In this document: positions 8,805-18,255 of the stretch, piece by piece
Position numbering within the stretch: the first letter of the stretch is position 1
Layout: every line of letters starts with the position of its first letter
Assembly: GCA_028281385.1 (NCBI GenBank)
Contig: JANQJY010000049.1
Location: forward strand, 507-64,506
Source of the DNA: Rickettsiales bacterium
GTDB taxonomy: Bacteria > Pseudomonadota > Alphaproteobacteria > Rickettsiales > UBA3002
Length of the DNA stretch: 64,000 nucleotides
Reading direction: 5' to 3'
Notes under the pieces: model-generated
What the model was told of the DNA's origin: nothing
The model's database searches: none
The model's input: only the letters and a program-made list of their open reading frames with translations
Translations under genes and position numbers: made by a program

Positions 8805-10655
8805 ATGAGCACAACACAAAAAACCGGACCGGAAGTCATTAAGGCCGCATTAGCTACCATGCCGAGCAGACCCGGTGTGTACCGTATGCTGAACGAGGCT
8901 GGCGATGTGCTGTATGTCGGCAAGGCCAAGCACCTGAAAAATCGGGTTGCCAGCTACACCTCTTCACGGCAGCTGACGACGCGCATTCTGCAAATGATAT
9001 CGCAGACTGCCAGGCTGGAGATCGTCACCACCGAGAGCGAGGCCGAGGCACTGCTGCTGGAAGCGAATATGATCAAATCGCTTCAGCCCAAATATAATAT
9101 TCTGCTCAAGGATGATAAATCCTTTCCCCATATTCATATCGGCGCAGATCACGATTTTCCGCGTATTGAAAAACATCGCGGCGCCCGGAAAAAGAAAGGT
9201 GATTATTTCGGACCGTTCGCCTCTGTCGGCGCGGTGAATCAAACGCTGGCGATTTTGCAGAAGGCATTTCTGCTGCGTCCCTGTAGCGATACGGTATTCA
9301 GGAATCGTTCGCGCCCCTGCCTGCAATATCAGATCAAGCGCTGCTCGGCTCCCTGTGTCGGGTATATCGGTAAGGAAGACTATGCCGCACTGCTGGGTCA
9401 GGCACGGAATTTTCTCCGTGGCAAGAACCGTGAAATACAGCAGCAATTCGCCGAACAGATGCAGCGTTACAGCGATGCCATGGAATATGAAAAAGCCGCG
9501 GCGATGCGTGATCGCATTAAAGCGCTGACGCATGTGCAGCAGGAACAGGATGTGCATGCCGCCGGGCTGAAGGATGCCGATATGATCGCCTATCACCGCG
9601 AGGGCGGATACAGTGTGGTGACGATTTTCTTTTTCCGCAGCGGCATGCATTTCGGTCATCAGTCACACTTCCCCCGCCATGCGAAGGACGCAATGGCGGA
9701 AGATATTCTCACCGCCTTTCTCGGTCAGTTTTACCAAAATCATACCCCGCCAAAGGAGATACTGATCAATCTCGACCTGCCCGAAACGTCCCTGCTCGAA
9801 GAGGCGCTATCCCTACATCAGACATACCGCGTTACCATTCATACCCCCAAACGCGGCGATAAACATGATCTGATGCGTCAGGCCGAGGCCAATGCCAAAG
9901 CGGCTCTGCATCGCCATATTCAGGAGCGGATGACACATGACAAGCAGCTTGGGCAACTAGTGGAGATCTTTGCACTGAACGAGACTCCATCGCGCATCGA
10001 GGTCTATGACAACAGCCACCTCATGGGCCGGCATGCGCTCGGCGCGATGATCGTCGCCGGACCGGAAGGCTTTGTGAAAAAAGCCTATCGCAAATTCAAC
10101 ATCAAGGATGCTTCGATCGAGCCGGGCGATGATTACGGCATGATGCGCGAAGTCTTCCGGCGGCGGTTTATCCGTCTGCAAAAGGACGATCCGGACCATC
10201 AGAGCAGTGACTGGCCGGATCTGGTATTGATCGACGGCGGGATGGGACAACTCAATGCCGTCCGCCAGGTGTTCGAAGATCTGGGTATCACTGATATTCC
10301 TTATGTCGCCATCGCCAAAGGGCCGGAGCGCAACGCCGGACGTGAACGTTTCTTCATGTCGGACAGACCATCTTTTCACCTACCGCCCAGTCATCCGGCG
10401 CTCTATTACCTGCAGCAACTGCGCGACGAAGCACATCGTTTTGCTGTCGGCTCGCACCGTAAAAAACGCGCAACACATCTGAGCAAATCGTCGCTGGACG
10501 AGATTCCCGGCATCGGCCCGGCCCGCAAGCGCGCCCTGCTGCATCACTTCGGTTCCGCCGACGGCGTAGAAAAAGCTGGCCTTCACGAGCTGGAAAAGGT
10601 AGCAGGTATCAGCAGGAAAACCGCACAACAGATTTACGACTTTTATCATTCATGA
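8805..10655 (+). CDS. uvrC: Excinuclease ABC subunit C
   Basis: N-terminal GIY-YIG (PGVYRM...YVGKAK), RNase H-like domain (IEVYDNSH, LIDGG), C-terminal HhH. Confidence 0.98.
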   Translation: MSTTQKTGPEVIKAALATMPSRPGVYRMLNEAGDVLYVGKAKHLKNRVASYTSSRQLTTRILQMISQTARLEIVTTESEAEALLLEANMIKSLQPKYNILLKDDKSFPHIHIGADHDFPRIEKHRGARKKKGDYFGPFASVGAVNQTLAILQKAFLLRPCSDTVFRNRSRPCLQYQIKRCSAPCVGYIGKEDYAALLGQARNFLRGKNREIQQQFAEQMQRYSDAMEYEKAAAMRDRIKALTHVQQEQDVHAAGLKDADMIAYHREGGYSVVTIFFFRSGMHFGHQSHFPRHAKDAMAEDILTAFLGQFYQNHTPPKEILINLDLPETSLLEEALSLHQTYRVTIHTPKRGDKHDLMRQAEANAKAALHRHIQERMTHDKQLGQLVEIFALNETPSRIEVYDNSHLMGRHALGAMIVAGPEGFVKKAYRKFNIKDASIEPGDDYGMMREVFRRRFIRLQKDDPDHQSSDWPDLVLIDGGMGQLNAVRQVFEDLGITDIPYVAIAKGPERNAGRERFFMSDRPSFHLPPSHPALYYLQQLRDEAHRFAVGSHRKKRATHLSKSSLDEIPGIGPARKRALLHHFGSADGVEKAGLHELEKVAGISRKTAQQIYDFYHS

Positions 10656-11194
10656 TCGCCAGAAAACATATCCCCAACCTGCTCACCTGGTCACGTGTGG
10701 CTGTCATCCCGCTGATGGTGACGGTATGGCTGACAGCGTATGACTGTCTTGCCTTGGCACCGTTGATATTATTTGCCTATGCCGCTTTAAGCGATTTTCT
10801 CGATGGCTATCTGGCGCGCAAATGGCAGGTTGAATCGGCCATCGGCCGTATGCTCGATCCGATTGCCGACAAATTGCTGGTCGCCACCGCCCTTATTTTA
10901 TTGCTCAGCAGCGGCCATGCCGAACTTATTCCCATCATCTGCATCATCTTTCGCGAAATATTCATCTCCGGGGTGCGCGAAGCGGTGGCGGATAAAAACG
11001 TTATTCTGCATGTCACCTTCCTCGCCAAATGCAAAACCGCAACACAGATGCTGGCCTGTTTCATTCTGCTGTTCGCCTATGGCTACGGGGATGGAACCAT
11101 CACGATGATCGGCAATGGCGTATTATGGATCGCTACGGCGCTGACGCTTATTACCGGCTGGCAGTATTTCAGGGCCGCATTGAAATCACTTTAA
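10652..11194 (+). CDS. pgsA: CDP-diacylglycerol--glycerol-3-phosphate 3-phosphatidyltransferase
   Basis: DFLDGYLAR...GRMLDPIADK CDP-alcohol phosphotransferase motif; follows uvrC. Confidence 0.93.
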   Translation: MIARKHIPNLLTWSRVAVIPLMVTVWLTAYDCLALAPLILFAYAALSDFLDGYLARKWQVESAIGRMLDPIADKLLVATALILLLSSGHAELIPIICIIFREIFISGVREAVADKNVILHVTFLAKCKTATQMLACFILLFAYGYGDGTITMIGNGVLWIATALTLITGWQYFRAALKSL

Positions 11195-11195
11195 C

Positions 11196-12065
11196 CTATT
11201 GATGCACCAGATCGTGATAATCGGCCATGAGCTGTCTGGTGATATCACCGACGGCAAAAACATGTTCATCAACGGCACGTACCGGTGTGATCTCCGCCGC
11301 AGTGCCGGTGAGGAAAATTTCTGAGGCACGACTGACTTCTTCGGGTTTGATATGGCGCTCGACTATCCGGATATCACGCTTCCGCGCCAGTTCGATAACG
11401 GTCTGCCGGGTAATGCCGTTGAGGAAACAATCGGGCGTGGGGGTATGTAGTTCGCCGTCAAACACCAGGAAAATATTGGCGCCGGTGGCCTCGGCAACAT
11501 AGCCGCGCCAGTCGAGCATCAGCGCATCGTTGTAGCCTTCGCGTTCCGCAGCATGTTTGCTCATGGTGCAGATCATATAGAGTCCGGCCGCCTTGCTCTG
11601 ACAGGGCGCGGTTTCCGGTGACGGGCGTTTCCACGAGGCGGTTTTCAGGCGGATGCCCTCCTCTTTGCTCTTGCCGTACATATTCGGCCATTCCCATGAA
11701 GCAATGGCGACATGAATGGTGTTATGCTGAGCCGAAATCGCCATCATCTCGCTGCCGCTCCAGGCAAAACGGCGAAGATAGCCGTTTTTCACGCCCTGTT
11801 TCGCTACGACTTCCAACGCTGCCTTATTCAGTTCCTCAACGCTGTAGGGAATTTTGAAATCAAGCAGTTCGGCTGACTTCACCAAACGCTCACCATGTGC
11901 TTCGATTTTGAATACCTTGCCATTATACACACGCTCGCCCTCAAACACACAGCGACCGTAATGCAATCCGTGGCTTAGAACATGGGTCCTGGCATCCTGC
12001 CATTCCACCATCTCGCCATTCATCCAGATGACGCCGTCGCGCTGATCAAACGGTATGATCTCCAT
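11196..12065 (-). CDS. ilvE: Branched-chain amino acid aminotransferase
   Basis: LHYG..VFEG, EATGANIF, LNGITR, FLTGTAAEITPV. Confidence 0.96.
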   Translation of the reverse strand: MEIIPFDQRDGVIWMNGEMVEWQDARTHVLSHGLHYGRCVFEGERVYNGKVFKIEAHGERLVKSAELLDFKIPYSVEELNKAALEVVAKQGVKNGYLRRFAWSGSEMMAISAQHNTIHVAIASWEWPNMYGKSKEEGIRLKTASWKRPSPETAPCQSKAAGLYMICTMSKHAAEREGYNDALMLDWRGYVAEATGANIFLVFDGELHTPTPDCFLNGITRQTVIELARKRDIRIVERHIKPEEVSRASEIFLTGTAAEITPVRAVDEHVFAVGDITRQLMADYHDLVHQ

Positions 12066-12080
12066 GTTACTGTTCCTATC

Positions 12081-12845
12081 TTACTCTTTTTCCTTCAGCA
12101 TAATCGCCGATATCTGCCGCCCGTAATCTGCCTCGCCGCGATGCGTTGCGCGGCGATAGCTGAAAAACCGGGCCTCATCATGATAGCTATCCATAGCAAG
12201 CAGCTCGACATCCTGCAAGCCGGATTGTGTGAGGCGATGGCGAATAAATCTTGCCAGGTCGAACAGGTAATGATCGGATTTTTGCGACGGCGTGAAGAAA
12301 GTGCCATAAAGCGTATTTTGCCCGATGAACTGCTGATAAAATTCCGGCCCGACTTCGTAACTTTCCTGCGCAATGCATGGGCCAATCGCCGCATGGATGG
12401 CTTTCCTCTGCGCTCCAAGTGTTTCCATCGCCTCTATCGTGTTGTCCAGCACCCCACTGATCGCGCCCTTCCAGCCGGCATGGGCGACAGCAACCACTCC
12501 TGCCCGTTCATCGGCAAACAATACCGGCCCGCAATCGGCCGTCAGCACTCCCAAAATAATGCCAGGGCGATTCGTCACCATCGCATCGGCCTGCGGCGGA
12601 TCACGCATGTCCCATGTCTTATCGACGGTTATCACCTGCGGCGAATGAATCTGATAGAGTGTGACCAGCCCGGCATCGTTACCGAAATACGCCGCAACGC
12701 GTCGCCGGTTTTCCCGCACCGCCTGCGGATCGTCCGCTGATCCCGGCCCGCAATTAAGCGAGGCATAGATCCCTTCACTCACCCCGCCTTCACGGGTAAA
12801 AAAGCCGTGAGGTATGGATAGGTTCTGAGCAGTTACCGGTGTCAT
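12081..12845 (-). CDS. pgeF: Peptidoglycan editing factor PgeF / YfiH-family purine nucleoside phosphorylase
   Basis: HGFFTREGGVS, LTADCGPV, AHAGWKG, FFSYRR. Confidence 0.93.
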   Translation of the reverse strand: MTPVTAQNLSIPHGFFTREGGVSEGIYASLNCGPGSADDPQAVRENRRRVAAYFGNDAGLVTLYQIHSPQVITVDKTWDMRDPPQADAMVTNRPGIILGVLTADCGPVLFADERAGVVAVAHAGWKGAISGVLDNTIEAMETLGAQRKAIHAAIGPCIAQESYEVGPEFYQQFIGQNTLYGTFFTPSQKSDHYLFDLARFIRHRLTQSGLQDVELLAMDSYHDEARFFSYRRATHRGEADYGRQISAIMLKEKE

Positions 12846-13912
12846 TAAAAGCCTGCCGGTACCATCTGTTTATCTGCCGTGACGGCCATCACTTTGAACA
12901 AATCGCCCATCTGCGCCGGATCAATCAGCCGTTTCAGCCCGCTGATGATTTGCGTGGCCTGATCCTCTGTTGCCGACTGCAGCAATTTATGCGCACGCAT
13001 TTCCGCACCGAGCCGTGTCAGGAATTTCCCCTGCTCCACCAGCCCATGCACACCGGCACCAGCATCAGCGGCCACCTCCATCAGGCTGGTAAAATCGACA
13101 TGCGCGGTGATATCGGCCTGGCCCGGCTCCTGAAGCACCGGATGAAACAGATGATTCTTCACCGCCTGCAGCGTATCTTTATGGCCCTCGCCGAGATAGC
13201 CGTAATCGATAATGATCGCGGCACCGCCATGCGTTTTGATATGGGTAGCCAACGTGTGCATGATCTGCTTCGCCACCGCACAGCTTTCCATCACCGTGCC
13301 TACCTCTATGGTGCCATCACCAGTTGCCAGCGATGGGCCGCTCACCTCTTGCACAAAAACCAACCCTCCCTTTTCCTCATCCCAGTTAATCAGCCGCTCT
13401 TTCAACCCTTCTTCGGTCTGCACATGCTGACGGATCGGCAGCGCATCGAAAAACTCGTTGGCAATCACAAATAACGGTTTTCCCGGTAGTTGCTCAACCG
13501 ATTCAATCCACTCAATACGTGCATGTTCATGGCGCAACCGGTGATATTGCACATTCTGCAGAGTTGGGCTGGTCTCGACCATATGGATGGTGAGATGATC
13601 CTGAAACTCGCCGAGGCCTTGCGTTGCGCGTAGCGCATCCTGCATCAGCGTGCCGCGCCCCGGACCCAGCTCGACCAGCGCCGCCGGCCCGCCGCCGCTC
13701 TGCGCCCACATATCGGCGCACCACAGCCCCAGCAACTCACCGAATATCTGGCTGATCTCCGGTGCGGTGGTAAAATCACCCGCGACACCGAACGGGTCCC
13801 GCCTCGTATAATAGCCATGTTCGGGATGACCCAGACATAGCTCCATATAGGCGGCGACCGAGATTGGGCCGCTTTCCTTAATCCTGTCTCTTATGATATC
13901 CAGCAAACTCAT
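12845..13912 (-). CDS. MidA/NDUFAF7-family SAM-dependent methyltransferase
   Basis: GDFTTAPEISQIFGE, ELGPGRGTL, ANEFFDALP, DITAHVDF. Confidence 0.93.
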   Translation of the reverse strand: MSLLDIIRDRIKESGPISVAAYMELCLGHPEHGYYTRRDPFGVAGDFTTAPEISQIFGELLGLWCADMWAQSGGGPAALVELGPGRGTLMQDALRATQGLGEFQDHLTIHMVETSPTLQNVQYHRLRHEHARIEWIESVEQLPGKPLFVIANEFFDALPIRQHVQTEEGLKERLINWDEEKGGLVFVQEVSGPSLATGDGTIEVGTVMESCAVAKQIMHTLATHIKTHGGAAIIIDYGYLGEGHKDTLQAVKNHLFHPVLQEPGQADITAHVDFTSLMEVAADAGAGVHGLVEQGKFLTRLGAEMRAHKLLQSATEDQATQIISGLKRLIDPAQMGDLFKVMAVTADKQMVPAGF

Positions 13913-14727
13913 CGTGATGTTATATCAGGGTTCCGAGCCGCAAATACAAGATAGCCTCCCACCAGCAGCATCGGCACGCACAGCAGTTGCCCCATGGTCA
14001 ACGGTCCGAGAATAAAACCCAGATGCGCATCCGGCTCGCGGAACAACTCGACAAAGGCACGCGATGCACCATAGCCGATGAGAAACACGCCGCTTAACAA
14101 CCCTGGCTTTTGTGCGGCATGGGTGAATTTTATCAAACCGTATAATACTGTAAACAGCAACGCCCCTTCCAGCAACGCTTCATAGAGCTGACTCGGATGA
14201 CGCGGCCGCCCGTCCGTATAAGGAAAGATCACCGCCCAGGGCACATCGCTTACCCGGCCGTACAGCTCGGCATTGATGAAATTGGCCATCCGCCCGAAAA
14301 ATAGCCCGACCGGCGCAGCACAGGCCACTAAATCCATCAGTTTCAAATAGCCAACCTTCTGCCAGCGCGAAAAGACATAAAATGCTCCTATCACTCCGAG
14401 CAGCCCGCCATGAAACGACATACCACCCTTCCAGATCGCAATAATATCCTGCGGATGCGCCAGATAATAATCAGGCTTGTAAAACAATACATAGCCGAGC
14501 CTGCCACCGATAATAATGCCGATCACCGCCCACATCATCATATCTTCCAGCTGCTTCGGCGTAAGCAACGGCTCGGATTGCCGTGCGTTAAGATGTTTGA
14601 TAAAAAAATAGCCCAGAACAATTCCGCTGATATAGGCCAGCGCATACCAGCGGATCGCCACCGGCCCGATATTGACAAGCACCGGGTCAATCTCCGGAAA
14701 TACAATTGCTGAAACAGACAGCACCAT
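13909..14727 (-). CDS. lgt: Prolipoprotein diacylglyceryl transferase
   Basis: GGRLGYVLFY, GGMSFHGG, GRMANFINAELYG, RHPSQLYE. Confidence 0.98.
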   Translation of the reverse strand: MVLSVSAIVFPEIDPVLVNIGPVAIRWYALAYISGIVLGYFFIKHLNARQSEPLLTPKQLEDMMMWAVIGIIIGGRLGYVLFYKPDYYLAHPQDIIAIWKGGMSFHGGLLGVIGAFYVFSRWQKVGYLKLMDLVACAAPVGLFFGRMANFINAELYGRVSDVPWAVIFPYTDGRPRHPSQLYEALLEGALLFTVLYGLIKFTHAAQKPGLLSGVFLIGYGASRAFVELFREPDAHLGFILGPLTMGQLLCVPMLLVGGYLVFAARNPDITSR

Positions 14728-14733
14728 CAGAAC

Positions 14734-15726
14734 CTAATAATACGGGTCTTCCTTACTCAGATAATTCTGAATATAATCCTTCACCCCGTCTTCCAGTGAT
14801 GTAAACTTGTCCTTGTAGCCGGCATCGCGCAGCTTCTTTATATTGGCCTTCGTGTAATACTGATATTTATCCTTCACCCCTTCGGGCATGTCGATATAAT
14901 TGATTGCCACATCTTTATCCAGCGCGCTAAAGGCAGCGTTGGCAAGATCCTCGAAACTCCGGCCCTCCCCCGTACCGAGATTGAACAGCCCCGAGACATC
15001 CGCATGATCTAAGAACCACTGGATCACCTTGACGCAATCCTTCACATAGATGAAGTCACGGATCTGAGCGCCGTCGGCATAGTCATCCCGATAGGATTTG
15101 AACAGCCGCACCGGCAGACCGGCACTGGCATGCGGATAAATTTGGCTTAGCACACTTTTCTGATCCTCTTTATGATATTCGTTCGGCCCGTAGACATTGA
15201 AAAATTTCAATCCAACCCATTGCGGCGGCAGCTGCTCATTTTTTTCCACCACGGAAGACACAAAGCGGTCAAACAGCTGTTTGCTCCAGCCATAGGCATT
15301 TAGCGGCACCAGCTTATTGAGATAGTCCTTGGACAGATCATCATCAAATCCGGCGGAACCCTCACCATAGGTGGCCGCAGAGGATGCATAAATAAAAGGG
15401 ATGTCGCGTTCGGAACACCATTGCCATAATTGTTTGGAGACGGAAAAATTATTCTCCAGAATCAAATCGACATTGGTCTCAGTGGTGGAGGAAGTTGCCC
15501 CCATATGGATCACGGCCTTTAGCCTGTCAGCGTTGGACTCCAGCCAGTAAAACATATCCATCGGCGCGATGATTTCTGAGATATGGTGTTTGCACAGATT
15601 GCGCCACTTTTCCGTCTTACCGAAAATATCGCATACCACCGCCCGGTATTCGCCCTTATCAGCAATATGCCCGGCAATATTTGAGCCGATAAACCCGGCC
15701 CCCCCCGTAATCAAAACGCGTTTCAT
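14734..15726 (-). CDS. hldD: ADP-L-glycero-D-manno-heptose 6-epimerase
   Basis: TGGAGFIGSN, YASSAATYG, PLNAYGWSK, FFNVYGPNEYHK, YQYYTKA. Confidence 0.95.
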   Translation of the reverse strand: MKRVLITGGAGFIGSNIAGHIADKGEYRAVVCDIFGKTEKWRNLCKHHISEIIAPMDMFYWLESNADRLKAVIHMGATSSTTETNVDLILENNFSVSKQLWQWCSERDIPFIYASSAATYGEGSAGFDDDLSKDYLNKLVPLNAYGWSKQLFDRFVSSVVEKNEQLPPQWVGLKFFNVYGPNEYHKEDQKSVLSQIYPHASAGLPVRLFKSYRDDYADGAQIRDFIYVKDCVKVIQWFLDHADVSGLFNLGTGEGRSFEDLANAAFSALDKDVAINYIDMPEGVKDKYQYYTKANIKKLRDAGYKDKFTSLEDGVKDYIQNYLSKEDPYY

Positions 15727-15835
15727 CTTACCCTCGTCACATCAAATGTTCCTATGAAGAATTGCTTGTAGTTTGCTCCAAAACCGCGTAATCGACAAGT
15801 GCCGTTTATATGGATGTGACTATAAGGATAATAGA

Positions 15836-16141
15836 ATGAAAAAAGAAAACAGTTTTTTTGACGATTTTTCCAAGCTTATGTCCTCCGCCTCTGGGGCAAT
15901 GATGGACATGAAACGCGAGATCGAGACCATTATCCACACCCAGATGGAAAGCTGGATGGATAAAATGCAACTGGTCACCCGCGAAGAGTTCGAGGCGGTA
16001 AAGGCGATGGCGGAAAAAGCACGCAAGGAAAATGTTGCACTGGCCAAACGACTGGACACGCTGGAAGGCAAAACACCTGCCAGAGCGAAGAAACCGGCAG
16101 CGAAAAAGACAGGGCCTACTAAAGGCAAAGCAAAATCATAA
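15836..16141 (+). CDS. UbiK/BMFP accessory factor
   Basis: LVTREEFEAV motif and coiled coil; AAGGA RBS before the ATG at 15836. Confidence 0.85.
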   Translation: MKKENSFFDDFSKLMSSASGAMMDMKREIETIIHTQMESWMDKMQLVTREEFEAVKAMAEKARKENVALAKRLDTLEGKTPARAKKPAAKKTGPTKGKAKS

Positions 16142-16293
16142 ATGTTGCGTCTTTTTCATCATACATACACAATATTTTGAAAAATTATCTATCGCATCTG
16201 CGAAAAAGATTAGATGTTGCGTCGCAAATATGTTGTAATCTAATTGAGCCGATCAGGCTTTTATCCATCCCACTTTCCAAAGGGAGCCATAAT

Positions 16294-16800
16294 ATGACTG
16301 CTACGCATTTTGATTCCTCTACATTTACCCATACCAACCCGATCGATCTCGCAGAAGAGTTGATCGAATCACGTGACTGGCTGTGTGACCGTCCTGTGGA
16401 TGAAGAGTTACTGGCCGAAGTGTCCGGCGCCTGGTGTAATTACCGTATCTGGTTTACCTGGCAACCAGAATTTGAAGTGTTAAGTTTCTCCTGCGCTTTC
16501 GACACTAAATTGCCGGAAAGAAACCGTAAGCCAGTCTATCCCATGCTGGCAACCATCAATGAAAAATTGTGGCTTGGGCATTTCGATATCTGTTCGGAAG
16601 AAGGCATTATCACTTTCCGTCATTCGTCATTGCTGCGGGGCAATGCCGGTGCCAGTATTGAACAGCTGGAAGATCTGATCGACATCGCCATTGCTGAATG
16701 CGATCGCTTCTTTCCGGCTTTCCAATCGGTCATCTGGGGTGGGAACAGCTGTGAACAGGCACTGGAAATCGCTCTGATGGAGCCCGCCGGCGAAGCATGA
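16294..16800 (+). CDS. YbjN-domain protein
   Basis: INEKLWLGHFD...FRHSSLLRG...ECDRFFPAFQ; conserved upstream of proC in Alphaproteobacteria. Confidence 0.85.
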   Translation: MTATHFDSSTFTHTNPIDLAEELIESRDWLCDRPVDEELLAEVSGAWCNYRIWFTWQPEFEVLSFSCAFDTKLPERNRKPVYPMLATINEKLWLGHFDICSEEGIITFRHSSLLRGNAGASIEQLEDLIDIAIAECDRFFPAFQSVIWGGNSCEQALEIALMEPAGEA

Positions 16801-17627
16801 TTTCCAAAGACCGTCCTATACTGCTCATCGGATGCGGCAATATGGGCAAGGCTCTGGTGACGGGGTGGTGTGAGTCTTATATCACCCCATCGCATATCCA
16901 TGCACTTGTCAGCAGTGAAAAAACCGCACAGGCTCTGACACAGGATATCGGTATTCACGCCTATGGTGCTTTGGAAATTATTCCGGATATCACGCCGTCC
17001 ATCATTATTATTGCTGTCAAACCCGATCAGATCGCCTCTGTCGTGCCGGACATTTTCTCACGCTGGTCAGATACATCAATTCCCTATGCCTCGCTTGCTG
17101 CAGGCAAACCGCTGTCCTTTTATGAAACAATGATCGGAAAAAATCATTCGATCATTCGCATCATGCCAAATATCGCCTGCCGTATTCAACAGAGTATGAG
17201 TGTCTGTATCGAAAATCTGGCATGCCGGTTCGAGCATAAGGAACTGGTGCATCAGCTCATGTCCGCTGTCGGTAAGGTTGCCTGGCTGGACAATGAAACG
17301 CAGATGCATGCTGCCACCGCACTGGCCGGAAGCGGTCCAGCCTTTGTCTATTATTTTGCCGAATGCCTGATAGAGGCAGGACTGAAACACGGATTATCTC
17401 CCAAACTCTCCCAAAACATTGTCAGGCATATGCTGGCAGGCACCACCGCTCTTTCTGAGTACTCAGAAGAAGGTTTTTCGCAATTGCGAGATAGCATTAC
17501 CAGCAAGGGTGGCACCACGGAAGCCGGATTGACTATATCAAAAACCCTAGGAAACCACGAGTTTTCGACAATGGTGGATGCGATGATTGATGCGTCCGTA
17601 TCACGCTCGAAAGAATTTTCCACCTGA
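16797..17627 (+). CDS. proC: Pyrroline-5-carboxylate reductase
   Basis: IGCGNMG, AVKP, RIMPN, GSGPAF, TSKGGTT. Confidence 0.95.
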   Translation: MISKDRPILLIGCGNMGKALVTGWCESYITPSHIHALVSSEKTAQALTQDIGIHAYGALEIIPDITPSIIIIAVKPDQIASVVPDIFSRWSDTSIPYASLAAGKPLSFYETMIGKNHSIIRIMPNIACRIQQSMSVCIENLACRFEHKELVHQLMSAVGKVAWLDNETQMHAATALAGSGPAFVYYFAECLIEAGLKHGLSPKLSQNIVRHMLAGTTALSEYSEEGFSQLRDSITSKGGTTEAGLTISKTLGNHEFSTMVDAMIDASVSRSKEFST

Positions 17628-17633
17628 TCTTTT

Positions 17634-17690
17634 TGCACCGCACAAAAGCCTTGACTCCCTTTTTATTTCTTCCTATATTGCATTGCAGCA
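17634..17690 (+). promoter_or_regulatory. Phasin promoter bracketed by two PhaR-type boxes
   Basis: TGCACCGCACAA (17634-17645) and TGCATTGCAGCA (17679-17690) flank TTGACT-N17-TATATT (17651-17679). Confidence 0.65.
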
Positions 17691-17732
17691 CGCTTGTGTG
17701 ATGAGAAATTTTTTGTAAATGGAGATGAATAA

Positions 17733-18191
17733 ATGACTACGAAAAATCCTTACGCTGACTATATGAAGATGTTTTCTGACTATAAGATGCCTGGTTTTGA
17801 CTACAGCAAAGTAATGGCTGATTTCAAAGCCCCTGCAGTTGATTTTAACAAGGCGTTTTCCATGCAGCGCCGCAATATCGAGGCCTTCTCTGCTGCTAAC
17901 CAGGCAATGACAGAGGGCGCACAAGCCATGTCCCGTCGTCAGGCAGAACTGGTTCGCCTGAATGTGGAGAAAATGCTCAAAGCCACCAAAGATATGATGG
18001 TGAGCGGTTCACCTGAAATCAATACGTCCAAGCAGGCTGAACTGACGAATACTTTGCTTAAAAGCTCGCTGGATAGTCTGCGTGAGTTGTCCGAAATGGC
18101 GGCGAAGTCAGGTTTCGAAGCATTTGACGTGATCAATAAGCGTACCGCTGAAAGCATTGAAGAAATCAGCAGCATGACAAAAGCGGCGTAA
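17733..18191 (+). CDS. Phasin (PHA granule-associated protein)
   Basis: QRRNIEAFSAANQAMTEGAQAMSRRQAE...AFDVINKRTAESIEE pattern of alphaproteobacterial phasins. Confidence 0.88.
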   Translation: MTTKNPYADYMKMFSDYKMPGFDYSKVMADFKAPAVDFNKAFSMQRRNIEAFSAANQAMTEGAQAMSRRQAELVRLNVEKMLKATKDMMVSGSPEINTSKQAELTNTLLKSSLDSLRELSEMAAKSGFEAFDVINKRTAESIEEISSMTKAA

Positions 18192-18214
18192 TTTCTTTTT
18201 TGCATACTGGTAAT

Positions 18215-18242
18215 AAAAGGGCGCTTTTTCGGCGCCCTTTTT
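18215..18242. terminator. Bidirectional rho-independent terminator
   Basis: AAAAGGGCGC-loop-GCGCCCTTTTT between convergent genes. Confidence 0.85.
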
Positions 18243-18255
18243 CGTTAGAATTGTT

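Noticed and set aside
11982-13474. 252-aa and 211-aa plus-strand ORFs
   Set aside because: Antisense shadows of pgeF and the methyltransferase.
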